A stretch of 63,745 nucleotides of DNA, the filler included. It is 3 parts of 3 records of this genome, joined end to end, with 100 filler letters (N's around TTAATTAATTAA, not from the genome) between each part and the next. Parts side by side here need not be neighbours in the genome. Positions count along the whole stretch, not along the records: positions 1 to 17,402 come from SRR20825019_714; positions 17,503 to 48,904 come from SRR20825019_720; 1 more part is not named here. The stretch is one strand, 5' to 3'. The notes beneath the pieces were generated by a model, which saw nothing but the letters and a program-made list of their open reading frames with translations, had not been told where the DNA came from and made no database searches. Below are positions 13,901 through 24,415 of the stretch, piece after piece. Every line of letters starts with the position of its first letter. Position 1 is the stretch's first letter. A program made the position numbers and the translations under genes.

Positions 13901-16900
13901 ACCTACACATCTGCGTGCACCTTGGGTTATACGGGGGTGGCATGCTCCACATGCGACACCAACTACTATCGCTCTAAGGGAGAGTGTGTCTCATGCGGAG
14001 GAACGGAGCCATTCGAGGGTGCCGACGCGGTCATCTACGTGTTCTGGGTTCTTTTCGCGGTTGTGGTTATGGTAGGCATTCTTGCGTGTGGGGTGTGGCA
14101 AGGAAGCGCGACAGTAGTCATCGAGAGGCAAAAGAAACGTTTGGTGGAGATGATGTCGATGGCCGATCAGCGCGAGGATCCGGACTGCACTGCGGAGGAC
14201 ATCCGTATTCTAGCATTGCACGGGGTAGTACAAAGAGAAGTTGACCTTGATGCTGCCTTAGTGGATACAGATGCCGGATTGCGTCTTGAGCGGGGCGAGA
14301 TGGCTTCCGTGAGCGATATAATATCCCTCCCGAGCCTCTCCCACGCAGGCAGCAGTTTTCAAGGTCCCCAGGTCGAAGAGCCGGAGCCGCCAAAAAGCGC
14401 AAAGCCTGCAATGGCGCTAGCGAAGTCGGCGGTGATGTGTCCGTGGCGCGCATGGAAGGCCGTACTCGCTGCAAAGAATGTGGTTTCCGCCTTCTTGGTC
14501 GACAACTTTGGTCCGTCGCAGCCGGTGACGGATCGGGTCGATATGGAGGATAAGGAGAACCGGGGTCTGAAGAGCCGGGTTGCGAGCGTCCTCGCGAAGC
14601 TGATCAAGTTTGGCCAGCTGAGCTCGGTGGTACTGAACATCAAGGTGGAGTGGCCGGACGCACTGGTATCGCTGGCCGACGCACTGCAGGTGGCTTCCTT
14701 TGAGACAAATGATGTTATCACCGTGCAGTGCCTGACAGGATCCACGGCGAGCGAGGCATATCGGAGCCGCTACTTCGGAAGGATTCTCTTGCCATTGTCC
14801 ATCATGGCCCCTTCTCTGTCTTACGCAATAGTTTCATCCCTGATGTCCTCGTGTCTCATGTGCGTGATACGCCGTCGGGCCCGCCGTGCCAGGGCCAAGG
14901 ACAAGGATGCCGAGGTCCAGAAGGACGGAGTCCTGGTCTTTGCGTATTCTTGCCTCAAGCATTCGACGGATGCTTTCGTGCACGTATTCATGCTTATGGC
15001 GGTTTATGCATTCATCACATTCCACGCTGCGGTGGTCGAGTTGTTTTCCTGCACAGAAAGGGTGAACAATACTTATTTCATCTCCACGGAGCCCGCCATT
15101 CAGTGCTTTGTAGTGGATGGCGTCTGGATAGAACTGGTTCCCATCAGCATCGTCGGCTTCATCTTACTCTCCCTTGGGACACCAATGCTGCTCATATTCG
15201 TAATCTTCAGCCGCCACCGCCTCCGTGATGATCCTGTCATTAACACTCGGTACGGATTTCTGTGGAATGCCTATAGAGATGACAAGTTCTGGTACGAATT
15301 GGTAGTTGTCCTGTTTAAATTCGTTGTAGTGATGATGCTCCCGCTGTCCTTCTTTTCCGCGGGAGACCAGCTCTGTGCTATGTTGTTTGTGGTCATCCTA
15401 TTCTATCTCATCCACCTCAACACGCTTCCATATGTTGTGCCATCAGACAATATGATGGAGGCGCTCCTGCTTGGAACAGTGTTGCTCCTTGACATCACAG
15501 GCATAATCCTCTACACAAACGAGGACGCCGGCGATGGCGAAGGCATCAGTGACTTTGGCAAGAACCTTCTCGGAGTAATTGTTGTTATGTTCGTCTGCTT
15601 TGTCATTCTGTACTTTCTCTATGTACTTGCAGGCGGGCCCTATTGGATTCTGCGGCTCTCGCGAGCTGCCCGCGGCCTACGATCCAACGCAAAGGCGAAC
15701 ATGGGCGCGTTCTGGCGGGCGGCACACGAGGGCGACTATGAGGCTGTCCGGCCATCCACAATGACTACCCTGAAAGATGCCAAACCATCCACTATGGCCA
15801 ACACCGCACTGCGGTTGCCGGCGAACACATACATTCTTGGAATCATGGGGAGGGGTAGGACTATGTACGTTCCCCGGTCGTATACGCGCCACCTGACCCA
15901 GGCCATCGATCTGTGTCAGTCTCACAACGTCACCATGGCCCCCGAGGGCTCCGTCGCCAGTACGGCCCTCGAAGTACCCGAGATGACAATTGCGGGAGGC
16001 AAGGACTCGGGTAAGGACATGCTGGCGGCATTCCTCCTGATCGGACTGGCCGAGCGCTCGCCGACCACGGACCAGACACTCTCTGGTGCCCCGGTAATTT
16101 ACTACCAAACGGATGCAGTCGTGTTCCGGATGCATGCCGAGGACGGATCGTTCAAGTCCATGACGTACCAGAAGTATGAGAAGATGCAGCTGAGGCTGAA
16201 GGCCCGCGACCGGGCCCCGGAGAAAGCGGTCATGGTGACAAGATCGGACGCCCTGAATCGTGTGGCGTCGCCAGCCGGGTGCGTCCTTCGCATCCACATA
16301 GTATCCTTGCCACAGCTGCAGGCCTCGCATACTGAGTGCCTAGCCGAAGGAAGTGCGGGTTTGCACCACTGCACCGTGATGACGGCATGGTCACTTAAGG
16401 ACAAGCTGGCCTGGGCACAGTTCCAGGCGGGCGAGCGCGACGATGAGGCGGACTATCTGAAGGTGCTTCACCAGCATATGGCGGTGGGCGGTTCGATGGC
16501 ATGCGAGGGCCAGAGCACACGAAAGCTGAATGACATCGTGGTGACTGCGGTGGACTCGCTACACATCGGGGAAGAACAGAGCGTGCTCTCGGCCGCGCAT
16601 ATGTCGTCTGCTGAATTTCTTCAGCGAATCACTGCCCTGGGAGGGCTCGCTGTTGGATTCGAAGAATCGGGCGCGAGCCAGCAGGTGACATTGGTGCTGG
16701 TGTCCCAGAAGGCATTGGAGGTTGCAGTTGACAAATACTCTAGAAATGTGTCATTCGCGCTGACAGATATCGATCATTTGGCGGAATTGTCGATGTCCAC
16801 CCCGCACGCGGTCGTGACACCACTCGGTGTCGTGAGGCAGCTTCTTCATGGAATTACGAATGCGCTTGCGATGAGTGGAGACTTGTCGATGATGTCATGG

Positions 16901-17402
16901 CCTCACGCGTCCGAGCTAGGCCAAGATTCCAAGCTTTACAAGTCAAAATCTCTCTTCCGCAGTCACCGTGCCTGGGAGCGGAAATGCGATTGCATATCCC
17001 TAAGAGGGTATGAGCGGGGCCTGGTGACCATTGACAAGGAAGGACTGGGCCAGGATGTGTGGCCGGATGTGTATTATCAAGTACACGACCGGAGATTCCC
17101 CACGCCGGGTACAAGCCTCGTCTGCGTCAACGTAGCGGTAATGGATGCCGTGATTGGGTTTGCATGGGTTTACGAGGCGAATACCCTGAGGATATTCAAG
17201 CTCGCCCACGACACGGCCGCCCCGCCCAAGTCCAGCGTCGTCCACAGACAGACCAAGGCCATCGTCACGGCGGTCATCACCGCGGCGCTAGCGCCACATG
17301 CGCGTCATAAGGCAACGCCTGGCATTCTCACCAAGTTGGTGTCTTCCATCTTCCGGACGAAGTCTCACGATGGTATGAGCTCTGATGAAGAGATGCCAGA
17401 CG
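10923..17402 (+). CDS. Giant multi-exon eukaryotic cell-surface protein (3' truncated at linker): signal peptide, beta-propeller, ephrin-receptor-like Cys-rich repeats, multi-TM region, long cytoplasmic tail
   Basis: ATG 10923 MSWWTCRRLVRVAAALAVFAMAW. Introns 11014-11078, 11972-12030, 12286-12332, 12557-12615, 12666-12721 and 13206-13266 (all GT-AG) join the ORFs in frame. CxxCPxG repeats and RYGFLWNAYRDDKFWYE. The apparent stop at 17458 comes from the linker. Confidence 0.82.
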
Positions 17403-17502
17403 NNNNNNNNNNNNNNNNNNNNNNNNNNNNNNNNNNNNNNNNNNNNTTAATTAATTAANNNNNNNNNNNNNNNNNNNNNNNNNNNNNNNNNNNNNNNNNN
17501 NN
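17403..17502. other. Artificial contig linker (44 N + TTAATTAATTAA + 44 N)
   Basis: Six-frame stop spacer flanked by N runs; genes truncated on both sides. Confidence 0.98.
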
Positions 17503-17728
17503 CTGCCTGCGCATCGGCTACACGACGATCCTGCTCGGCACCCTCGGCTTCTTCGGTCTCGGCTTGGCACCCGAAAGCCCTGACTGGGGATCGATGATCA
17601 ACCAGACCCGGGCCTTCATCCGGATCGTGCCCACCATCGCCCTGCCTCCAACCCTTGCGCTGGCAATTTTCGTCCTCGGACTGAACCTGCTGGCCGACGG
17701 ACTGCGCGAGCAGTCACTGAAAGACTGA
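17503..17728 (+). CDS. Peptide/nickel ABC transporter permease, C-terminal fragment (DppC/OppC family)
   Basis: Reads CLRIGYTTILLGTLGFFGLGLAPESPDWGSMIN...GLNLLADGLREQSLKD*. Confidence 0.9.
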
Positions 17729-17741
17729 GGGAGGCACGGAC

Positions 17742-19805
17742 ATGACAGAACCAATCCTCGAGATCAAAAACCTTTCGATCTCCTTCTTTGTCCGCGCCGG
17801 TGAAATCCCGGCCGTGATGGATTTCTCCTGCAAGGTCATGCCGGGCGAGGCCATGGGCCTGGTCGGCGAGTCCGGCTGCGGCAAGTCCACGGTCGCCCTC
17901 GGCGTCATGCGGGATCTCTCCAACCGGGGGAAAATCACCGCAGGCTCCATCAAGTTCAAGGGCCGCGAGTTGACCACCATGAGCGAGAAAGAGCTGCGGA
18001 AAATTCGCGGCTCCGAGATCGCCATGGTCTATCAGGAACCGATGGCCAGCCTGAATCCCGCCATGCGGGTCGGCAAGCAGCTCATGGAAGTGCCGATACT
18101 GCATGAGGGCACCACGGTAGACGAAGCCTATGACCGCGCTCTGGAAATGATGCAGGCCGTGCGCCTGCCCGATCCAGAGCGGATGATGGATTCATATCCG
18201 CATCAACTTTCCGGCGGCCAGCAGCAACGCATCGTCATTGCCATGGCGCTGCTGTCAAAGCCGGCCCTGTTGCTGATGGACGAGCCGACGACCGCACTCG
18301 ACGTCACGGTTGAAGCCGGCATCGTCGAGATGGTGAAGGAACTCGGCAGCCGGTTCGGCACGTCCATGCTGTTCATCTCCCATAATCTTGGCCTCATCCT
18401 CGAAACCTGCGACCGGATCACGGTGATGTATTCCGGCGAGGCGGTCGAAACCGGCTCCGTCAAGGGCGTGTTCGACCGGATGCGGCATCCCTATACCCAG
18501 GGACTGTTCCGCTCGATCCCGCTTCCCGGCGCAGATAAATACGCCCAGCCGCTCGTTGCCATTCCGGGCCAGTTGCCACTGCCCCATGAACGGCCCAAAG
18601 GATGCAATTTCGGACCGCGCTGCTCCTACTTCGAAGCAGGCAGGTGCGATACCGGTGAGATCCACATGCGGGATACCGGTCTGGACGGAGAACATTATTC
18701 ACGCTGCGAACGCGTAGCCGAGATCGATTGGGACGCCCCGGTCAAGCATGATGGCGTCGTCGAGGCGACGGAGCCCGGCGAGACCATTCTGACCGTCACC
18801 GGCCTGAAGAAATATTACGAGGTTGCCGCAAACCAGATGTTCGGCGGTGGCGAGACCCGTGTGGTGAAGGCGAACGAGGAAATCACCTTCTCGGCCCGCG
18901 AAGCGGAAACCGTGGCGATCGTTGGCGAATCCGGGTGCGGAAAATCCACGCTCGCCAAGATTCTGCTTGGCCTTGAGACCGCGACGGAAGGCACCGTCAC
19001 CCTCGGCAATATCGAGATCGGAAGCACGGATATCGGCGACCGGGATACCGGCACCATCAGCTCCATCCAGATGGTGTTCCAGAACCCGTTCGATACGCTG
19101 AATCCCAGCCATACAGTCGGCTCCCAGATCGTCCGGACTCTGGAACGGTTTGGCATTGGGAAAAGCCCGAAAGACCGTACGGAGCGGATGCTGGAACTGC
19201 TCGATCTGGTCAAACTGCCGCGCGCGTTCGCCAAGCGCATGCCGCGCCAGCTTTCAGGCGGCCAGAAACAGAGGATCGGCGTGGCCCGCGCTTTTGCCGG
19301 AGCCCCGAAGGTCGTGGTCGCGGATGAGCCGGTATCCGCGCTCGACGTCTCCGTGCAGGCAGCGGTGACGGAACTGCTGATGGATATTCAGCGAGCGTCG
19401 CGCACAACAATGCTGTTCATCAGCCATGATCTCTCCGTCGTCCGCTATATCGCGGACCGGGTGATCGTGATGTATCTCGGTCATATCGTTGAGCAGGGAA
19501 CGACCGACGAGGTTTTCTCTCCGCCCTATCATCCCTATACCGAAGCCCTGCTCTCGGCGATCCCGATCGCGGACACGAAGGTCGTGAAAAAGCATATCGT
19601 GCTGGACGGCGATATCCCGTCGGCCATGAACCCGCCGTCCGGATGCCCGTTCCAGACCCGCTGCCCGCACAAAAGCGAAGTGCCGGGGAACAGGTGCGAG
19701 ACGGAACTCCCCCCAACACGGACATTAGCTGGCGGCCACCAGATCAAATGCCATCTCGCCGACGATATCCTCGACAGAATGGAACCGGTCGTCGCACTCG
19801 GCTGA
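17742..19805 (+). CDS. Dipeptide/oligopeptide ABC transporter ATP-binding protein, two fused ATPase domains (DppD-DppF type)
   Basis: Two GESGCGKS Walker A motifs, two LSGGQ signatures, two HPYT motifs with Cys-containing C-terminal extensions; GGAGG RBS. Confidence 0.95.
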   Translation: MTEPILEIKNLSISFFVRAGEIPAVMDFSCKVMPGEAMGLVGESGCGKSTVALGVMRDLSNRGKITAGSIKFKGRELTTMSEKELRKIRGSEIAMVYQEPMASLNPAMRVGKQLMEVPILHEGTTVDEAYDRALEMMQAVRLPDPERMMDSYPHQLSGGQQQRIVIAMALLSKPALLLMDEPTTALDVTVEAGIVEMVKELGSRFGTSMLFISHNLGLILETCDRITVMYSGEAVETGSVKGVFDRMRHPYTQGLFRSIPLPGADKYAQPLVAIPGQLPLPHERPKGCNFGPRCSYFEAGRCDTGEIHMRDTGLDGEHYSRCERVAEIDWDAPVKHDGVVEATEPGETILTVTGLKKYYEVAANQMFGGGETRVVKANEEITFSAREAETVAIVGESGCGKSTLAKILLGLETATEGTVTLGNIEIGSTDIGDRDTGTISSIQMVFQNPFDTLNPSHTVGSQIVRTLERFGIGKSPKDRTERMLELLDLVKLPRAFAKRMPRQLSGGQKQRIGVARAFAGAPKVVVADEPVSALDVSVQAAVTELLMDIQRASRTTMLFISHDLSVVRYIADRVIVMYLGHIVEQGTTDEVFSPPYHPYTEALLSAIPIADTKVVKKHIVLDGDIPSAMNPPSGCPFQTRCPHKSEVPGNRCETELPPTRTLAGGHQIKCHLADDILDRMEPVVALG

Positions 19806-19833
19806 GAGATCTCGCTTCCTGGGAAGATCCAAA

Positions 19834-19869
19834 AAGAAAGCGGGCGACCAAAGGCCACCCGCTTCTCTT
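19834..19869. terminator. Putative bidirectional intrinsic terminator
   Basis: Stem aagcggg...cccgctt with A- and T-rich flanks between convergent genes. Confidence 0.55.
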
Positions 19870-19903
19870 GATCAATGACCCGTTACCGGGCCATTACATC
19901 TGC

Positions 19904-20380
19904 TTATGCGTCGCCCGGCAGAGCCTGGGAGACGGACTTCACCATTTCAGTGATGCGCTTGCGCACACCGACATTGGTGATGTTGTAATAGGCACGAACC
20001 AGCTCGAGCGTTTCACGCCGCGCCATCGGGTCGTTCGGCTTTTCCTCGTAATCGGTCGTCGAAGAACCAGAGCGCACTTTGCGCGGAGAGTTCGCCGCCG
20101 TGTCGTCCGTCATGTCATCGAAGAAGAAGCTGACGGGAACGTCGAGGATCTGCGCGATATCCCAAAGACGGGAAGCGCTGATGCGGTTGGAGCCGCGCTC
20201 GTATTTCTGGACCTGTTGAAAGGTAATATTCAGTGCCTCGCCCAGTTGCTCCTGGCTCATGCCCAAGAGAGTGCGACGCAACCGAACACGCCGTCCGACA
20301 TGGACGTCAATCGCGTTATTGTTCGTTACGCGATAGTTCGGATCATCACTACCATTCAATGCTTGCTTTGCTGCGGCCAT
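19904..20380 (-). CDS. XRE-family (HTH_3) transcriptional regulator
   Basis: IDVHVGRRVRLRRTLLGMSQEQLGEALNITFQQVQKYERGSNRISASRL, typical of alphaproteobacterial XRE proteins. Confidence 0.93.
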   Translation of the reverse strand: MAAAKQALNGSDDPNYRVTNNNAIDVHVGRRVRLRRTLLGMSQEQLGEALNITFQQVQKYERGSNRISASRLWDIAQILDVPVSFFFDDMTDDTAANSPRKVRSGSSTTDYEEKPNDPMARRETLELVRAYYNITNVGVRKRITEMVKSVSQALPGDA

Positions 20381-20859
20381 TCTCAGTCTCTAGCGGTTGA
20401 GTGAAGTTGGTTCTCAGTCACGACATTCAAGATATAGGACCAAGAGTGCCGGGTTTCTACAACGCCTCGGTGTTATTTCCAACAAAAACTAAAGGATTCG
20501 TAGAATATTATCTGGTGACGATCAAATTAACACTAAAGAAAATTAACTATAAACCTTAACCAAACATAACAGTTCGACTTATAATTCAAAAATAAAGAAA
20601 ATTACTCTTAATTTATCTTTGCTTTTTCAGAACCCCGAAACAGAAAGCCTGATATAGCGCGATTTCCCGGGAAGTAGAAATCAAAAATAAAACACTAAAA
20701 AATTTGAACGGTCATTTCGTTATTCTCGTTTCTGTCACCTCTCATTCCAAATGCGACCACCGGCATTAACGTTTTGTCGCCGCATGGCTAGACAATTACC
20801 CCCTCAAAATGGGCACCATTACGGCAATAAAAAGGTCTTTTTTGGAGGCACGCATCACG

Positions 20860-22410
20860 ATGACCGAAGCCCCGAGCCGTACAAGAAAGCGCGAACGAAC
20901 ACGAAAACGTTCGGATTCGGCCAGCACGGACCGGAAGATCAGGCAGGCTGAGTGGTCCCGGTTGCGCTCCCCCTACCCACCGATGGGTATCGTCTCAGAG
21001 GATGAACTGGAAGCAATTCACACTGCATCCCTCCGTATCCTGAGCGACATCGGCATTGATTTCCTGGACGCCACCGCACGAGACATTTTGAAGCAACATG
21101 GTGCCGATGTCACAGAAGGATCCGAGCGCGTCCGCTTCGAGCCTGACATGGTGCTCGAATATGTCGCCAAGGCTCCGTCTGAATTCACCCTCCATGGCGG
21201 GCGTCCCGAACGGGATCTTGTCTTTGGCGGCAACAACCTCAATTTCGCCAGCATTGCCAGCGCCCCCTTCTGCAGCGACCTTGAGGGCGGCCGCCGGGAC
21301 GGTAACTATGCCGATTTCCAGAATTTCGTCCGTATGGGCCAGACCGCGAACATCATCCATCTGTTTGGCGGCTATCCGGTCGAACCGGTGGATCTGCCGC
21401 CGCAGACCCGGCATCTGGATTGCCACTATTCCTTCCTGACCCTGTCCGACAAGGTGCATCACGCCTATTCGCTCGGGCGCCAGCGGCCGAGCGATGCCAT
21501 CGACATGCTGTGTATCGCCCGCGGCGAGACCCGTGACAGCATCGCCAACAGGCCCGGGATGCATTCCATCATCAACACCTCCTCCCCGCTCCGCGTCGAC
21601 ATCCCGATGCTGCAGGGCCTGATGGAAATGAGCCGTCACGGCCAGGCCATCTGTGTCACCCCCTTCACCCTCTCCGGCGCGATGAGCCCGGTGACCATTG
21701 CCGGTGCCCTCGCCCAGCAGAACGCGGAAGCCCTCGCGGTTATTGCCTTCACCCAGATGGTCCGCGCCGGCGCGCCGGTGATCTATGGCGGCTTCACCTC
21801 GAATGTGGATATGCGCAGCGGCGCTCCCGCCTTCGGGACTCCGGAATACGCCAAGGCCGCTTTCGTCGGCGGCCAGCTCGCCCGCAAGTACGGGTTGCCC
21901 TACCGCTCGACCAACGCCAACGCCTCGAACGCGCCCGACGCCCAGACCGCCTGGGAAAGCATGATGTCGCTCTGGCCGGTTGTGCTCGGGCACACCAATC
22001 TGGTGATGCATGCCGCCGGATGGATGGAAGGCGGCCTGACCGCATCCTTCGAGAAATTCGTGATCGATCTCGAACTCCTTCAGGGCATGGCCGCGTTTCT
22101 GCAACCGCTGGAGATCAACGAAGCCAGCCTCGGCCTGGATGCCATCCGCGATGTTGGCCCCGGCGGGCACTTCTTCGGCACGGCGCACACGCTGGAACGT
22201 TATGAGACGGCGTTCTATCAGCCGCTGCTTTCGGACTGGCGCAATTATGAAAGCTGGGAGGAAGCCGGCAGCCCGGATGCGCTTACACGGGCGAACCGGA
22301 CATACCGCGCCCTGCTGGAAGAATTCGAAGCGCCAGTGATCGATCCCGCCATTGACGAAGAACTGAAAGCCTACATGGCCAAAAGGCGGGAAGATCCCCG
22401 TATAGAATAA
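20860..22410 (+). CDS. mttB: Trimethylamine methyltransferase (MttB) family protein, non-pyrrolysine
   Basis: TPFTLSGAMSPVTIAGALAQQNAE, GGFTSNVDMRSGAPAFGTPE, HAAGWMEGGL, VGPGGHFFG; GGAGG before ATG 20860; no in-frame TAG. Confidence 0.92.
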   Translation: MTEAPSRTRKRERTRKRSDSASTDRKIRQAEWSRLRSPYPPMGIVSEDELEAIHTASLRILSDIGIDFLDATARDILKQHGADVTEGSERVRFEPDMVLEYVAKAPSEFTLHGGRPERDLVFGGNNLNFASIASAPFCSDLEGGRRDGNYADFQNFVRMGQTANIIHLFGGYPVEPVDLPPQTRHLDCHYSFLTLSDKVHHAYSLGRQRPSDAIDMLCIARGETRDSIANRPGMHSIINTSSPLRVDIPMLQGLMEMSRHGQAICVTPFTLSGAMSPVTIAGALAQQNAEALAVIAFTQMVRAGAPVIYGGFTSNVDMRSGAPAFGTPEYAKAAFVGGQLARKYGLPYRSTNANASNAPDAQTAWESMMSLWPVVLGHTNLVMHAAGWMEGGLTASFEKFVIDLELLQGMAAFLQPLEINEASLGLDAIRDVGPGGHFFGTAHTLERYETAFYQPLLSDWRNYESWEEAGSPDALTRANRTYRALLEEFEAPVIDPAIDEELKAYMAKRREDPRIE

Positions 22411-22415
22411 AATCA

Positions 22416-22453
22416 AATAAAACGGCGGCGGACATATGATGCTGCCGTTTATT
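22416..22453. terminator. Putative bidirectional intrinsic terminator
   Basis: aataaaacggcggc...gctgccgtttatt hairpin between convergent genes. Confidence 0.65.
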
Positions 22454-22459
22454 ACTGGT

Positions 22460-23425
22460 TCAGGAATGTGGATGCGCCGGGTGTTCTTTTGGCCGGAACA
22501 GCCATCGCCGTGCAATCTCGCGGTATCCGCGATAGATCCGCTCCTCACGACCACCCGTCAAACGCCTCCGCAAAACCTCATAGCGCGGCAGCGCATACCA
22601 GGGCACGCCCGGGCTGGCATGGTGCGCCACATGCAGATTGTTGTTCAGGAACAGTAGGGCCAGCGGGGCTTCCGCCTCGACAATCGCCGTCCGGTCATCG
22701 GCCTCGGGTGCCGCGTGATGTTCCGCGAATGAGCGAAGCAGCAACAATCCCGTCCCCGGATAGGCAAAGCAGAGCAGATAAAGCCAGAGCGGCATGCCGC
22801 AGACACCGAAAATCCAGACCGCAAGCAGGGCCAGCCCCACGGCATGGAAGCCCCAGTCCTTCATACGTCCCTTTCCCCGGACGAGATCCCGCGCCTCGCG
22901 CCAGAGAAACAGGCTTGCAACAAAGAGCGGCCCAAGCACAAGCCGTCCGGCGAGCGTGTTCACCGTGCGATAGAGCAGCCGCTGCGGCTCGGAAAATCGG
23001 CTCCATGCATCGGGTGTCACGTAGAAGGATTCCGGATCCTCGATCGGGTCGGTCAGATACTCATTGCGGTGATGCTTGAGATGGCTGTCACGATAGATGC
23101 CAAACGGTACCCACAGCATCAGTGGCAGCCCGGCAAGCAGAGTGTTGAGCCAGCCAATTCTGGTCGGATGGCCGTGAATAGCTTCATGCTGATAACTCGC
23201 ATGCCAGGCAACCACCGGCGCCCCCAGCAGCGGCAACAGCCATATAGGCAGTGCAGCATGCCAATAGGTCAGCGCGGCAAAAAGGCCGTGAATAACGCTC
23301 CAAAGAGCGACCGTCTGCCACTCGACAGACGAGACAGTCACGGTAAAGGCGGAGTCAACATTACCAGGAGAAACAGATATTTCCGGGATTTGCTGAGAAA
23401 TCGGTGCGGGATGACGTTCAAACAT
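22460..23425 (-). CDS. Membrane fatty acid desaturase family protein
   Basis: His boxes HEAIHGH, HLKHH and NNNLHVAHH plus hydrophobic segments; start codon uncertain. Confidence 0.9.
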   Translation of the reverse strand: MFERHPAPISQQIPEISVSPGNVDSAFTVTVSSVEWQTVALWSVIHGLFAALTYWHAALPIWLLPLLGAPVVAWHASYQHEAIHGHPTRIGWLNTLLAGLPLMLWVPFGIYRDSHLKHHRNEYLTDPIEDPESFYVTPDAWSRFSEPQRLLYRTVNTLAGRLVLGPLFVASLFLWREARDLVRGKGRMKDWGFHAVGLALLAVWIFGVCGMPLWLYLLCFAYPGTGLLLLRSFAEHHAAPEADDRTAIVEAEAPLALLFLNNNLHVAHHASPGVPWYALPRYEVLRRRLTGGREERIYRGYREIARRWLFRPKEHPAHPHS

Positions 23426-23527
23426 GCCGTCAGGGTATGCCGCACCGCACAACCGCAACAACGAGCGTTTGCGCTATTTTTGCAGCTTATGTTGACCAAA
23501 TGATGAATTTGCAGATAAAACACAACA

Positions 23528-24415
23528 TTGCTTATTTTCCCGCCAGGAACCGCCTTGGACCGCCGAGACACAGTCGAAATCTTCCGGACCCGCCTTGCGG
23601 AAAGCATGGAACGCGCGGGTATGAACCGGTCCGGCCTTGCCCGGCGTGTCGGCGTTGACCGCTCGACCCTGTCCCAGTTGCTGTCAGCCGATAACGAACG
23701 CCTGCCCCGCGCGGATACCGTTGCAGCTATCGCCTCGGCCCTGCAGGTCAGCCTTGACTGGCTGCTCGGCCTAACCCAGCAGGAGCAGCTCGGCGCCGAG
23801 ATCCTGCAGCGCTCGATCCATATCACCGAAGCGTCACGGGCAGCCGTGGACAAGAACATCGCCGAATGGCATGCGGAGGCCGCCGGCTACAAGATCCGGT
23901 ATGTCCCAAGCAATCTGCCCGATCAGGTCAAAACACCGGAAATTCTGGCCTACGAACACGGCGTCGTGGAAGCATTCGAGCGGGACAGTGCGCTGGAACG
24001 GGCACAGGACCAGCTCGCCTACACCCGGCGCCCGGAAACCGATATCGAGATTTGCATGCCGCGGCAGGCGCTGGATGATTTCGCCGCCGGCGCCGGTATC
24101 TGGCACGATCTCGCGCCTACGCTCCGATACGAGCAGCTACGCTATATGCGGCAGCTGCATGATGAGCTGTATCCCAGAATGCGCCTCTACCTGTTCGATG
24201 GGCGTCGGGTATACTCCGCCCCGCTGACCATCTTCGGCCCGCTGCGCGCCTCGCTCTTCCTTGGCCAGAGTTTCTTTGTCTTCAACACCACCGAGCATAT
24301 CCGCACACTGACCCGTCATTTCGATCAGTTGATCCGCGACGCAGTCGTTCAGAGCCATGCCCTGGACGATTATATCGATGGGCTGCTCTCACGCTTTCCG
24401 GAACACACCGCCTGA
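23528..24415 (+). CDS. XRE-family HTH regulator with large C-terminal domain
   Basis: MNRSGLARRVGVDRSTLSQLL HTH; divergent from the desaturase; start uncertain. Confidence 0.85.
   Translation: MLIFPPGTALDRRDTVEIFRTRLAESMERAGMNRSGLARRVGVDRSTLSQLLSADNERLPRADTVAAIASALQVSLDWLLGLTQQEQLGAEILQRSIHITEASRAAVDKNIAEWHAEAAGYKIRYVPSNLPDQVKTPEILAYEHGVVEAFERDSALERAQDQLAYTRRPETDIEICMPRQALDDFAAGAGIWHDLAPTLRYEQLRYMRQLHDELYPRMRLYLFDGRRVYSAPLTIFGPLRASLFLGQSFFVFNTTEHIRTLTRHFDQLIRDAVVQSHALDDYIDGLLSRFPEHTA

Noticed and set aside
17447-17458. Stop codon ending the 1411-aa ORF, or a biological TTAA target site
   Set aside because: Part of the synthetic linker.
20860-22410. Pyrrolysine recoding in the MttB homolog
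   Set aside because: The ORF is open with no in-frame TAG and no pyl genes are in view.
20995-22554. Long antisense ORFs (also 42518-43882, 46903-47952, 49882-51144)
   Set aside because: Shadow frames of well-supported genes in GC-rich DNA, with no recognisable motifs.
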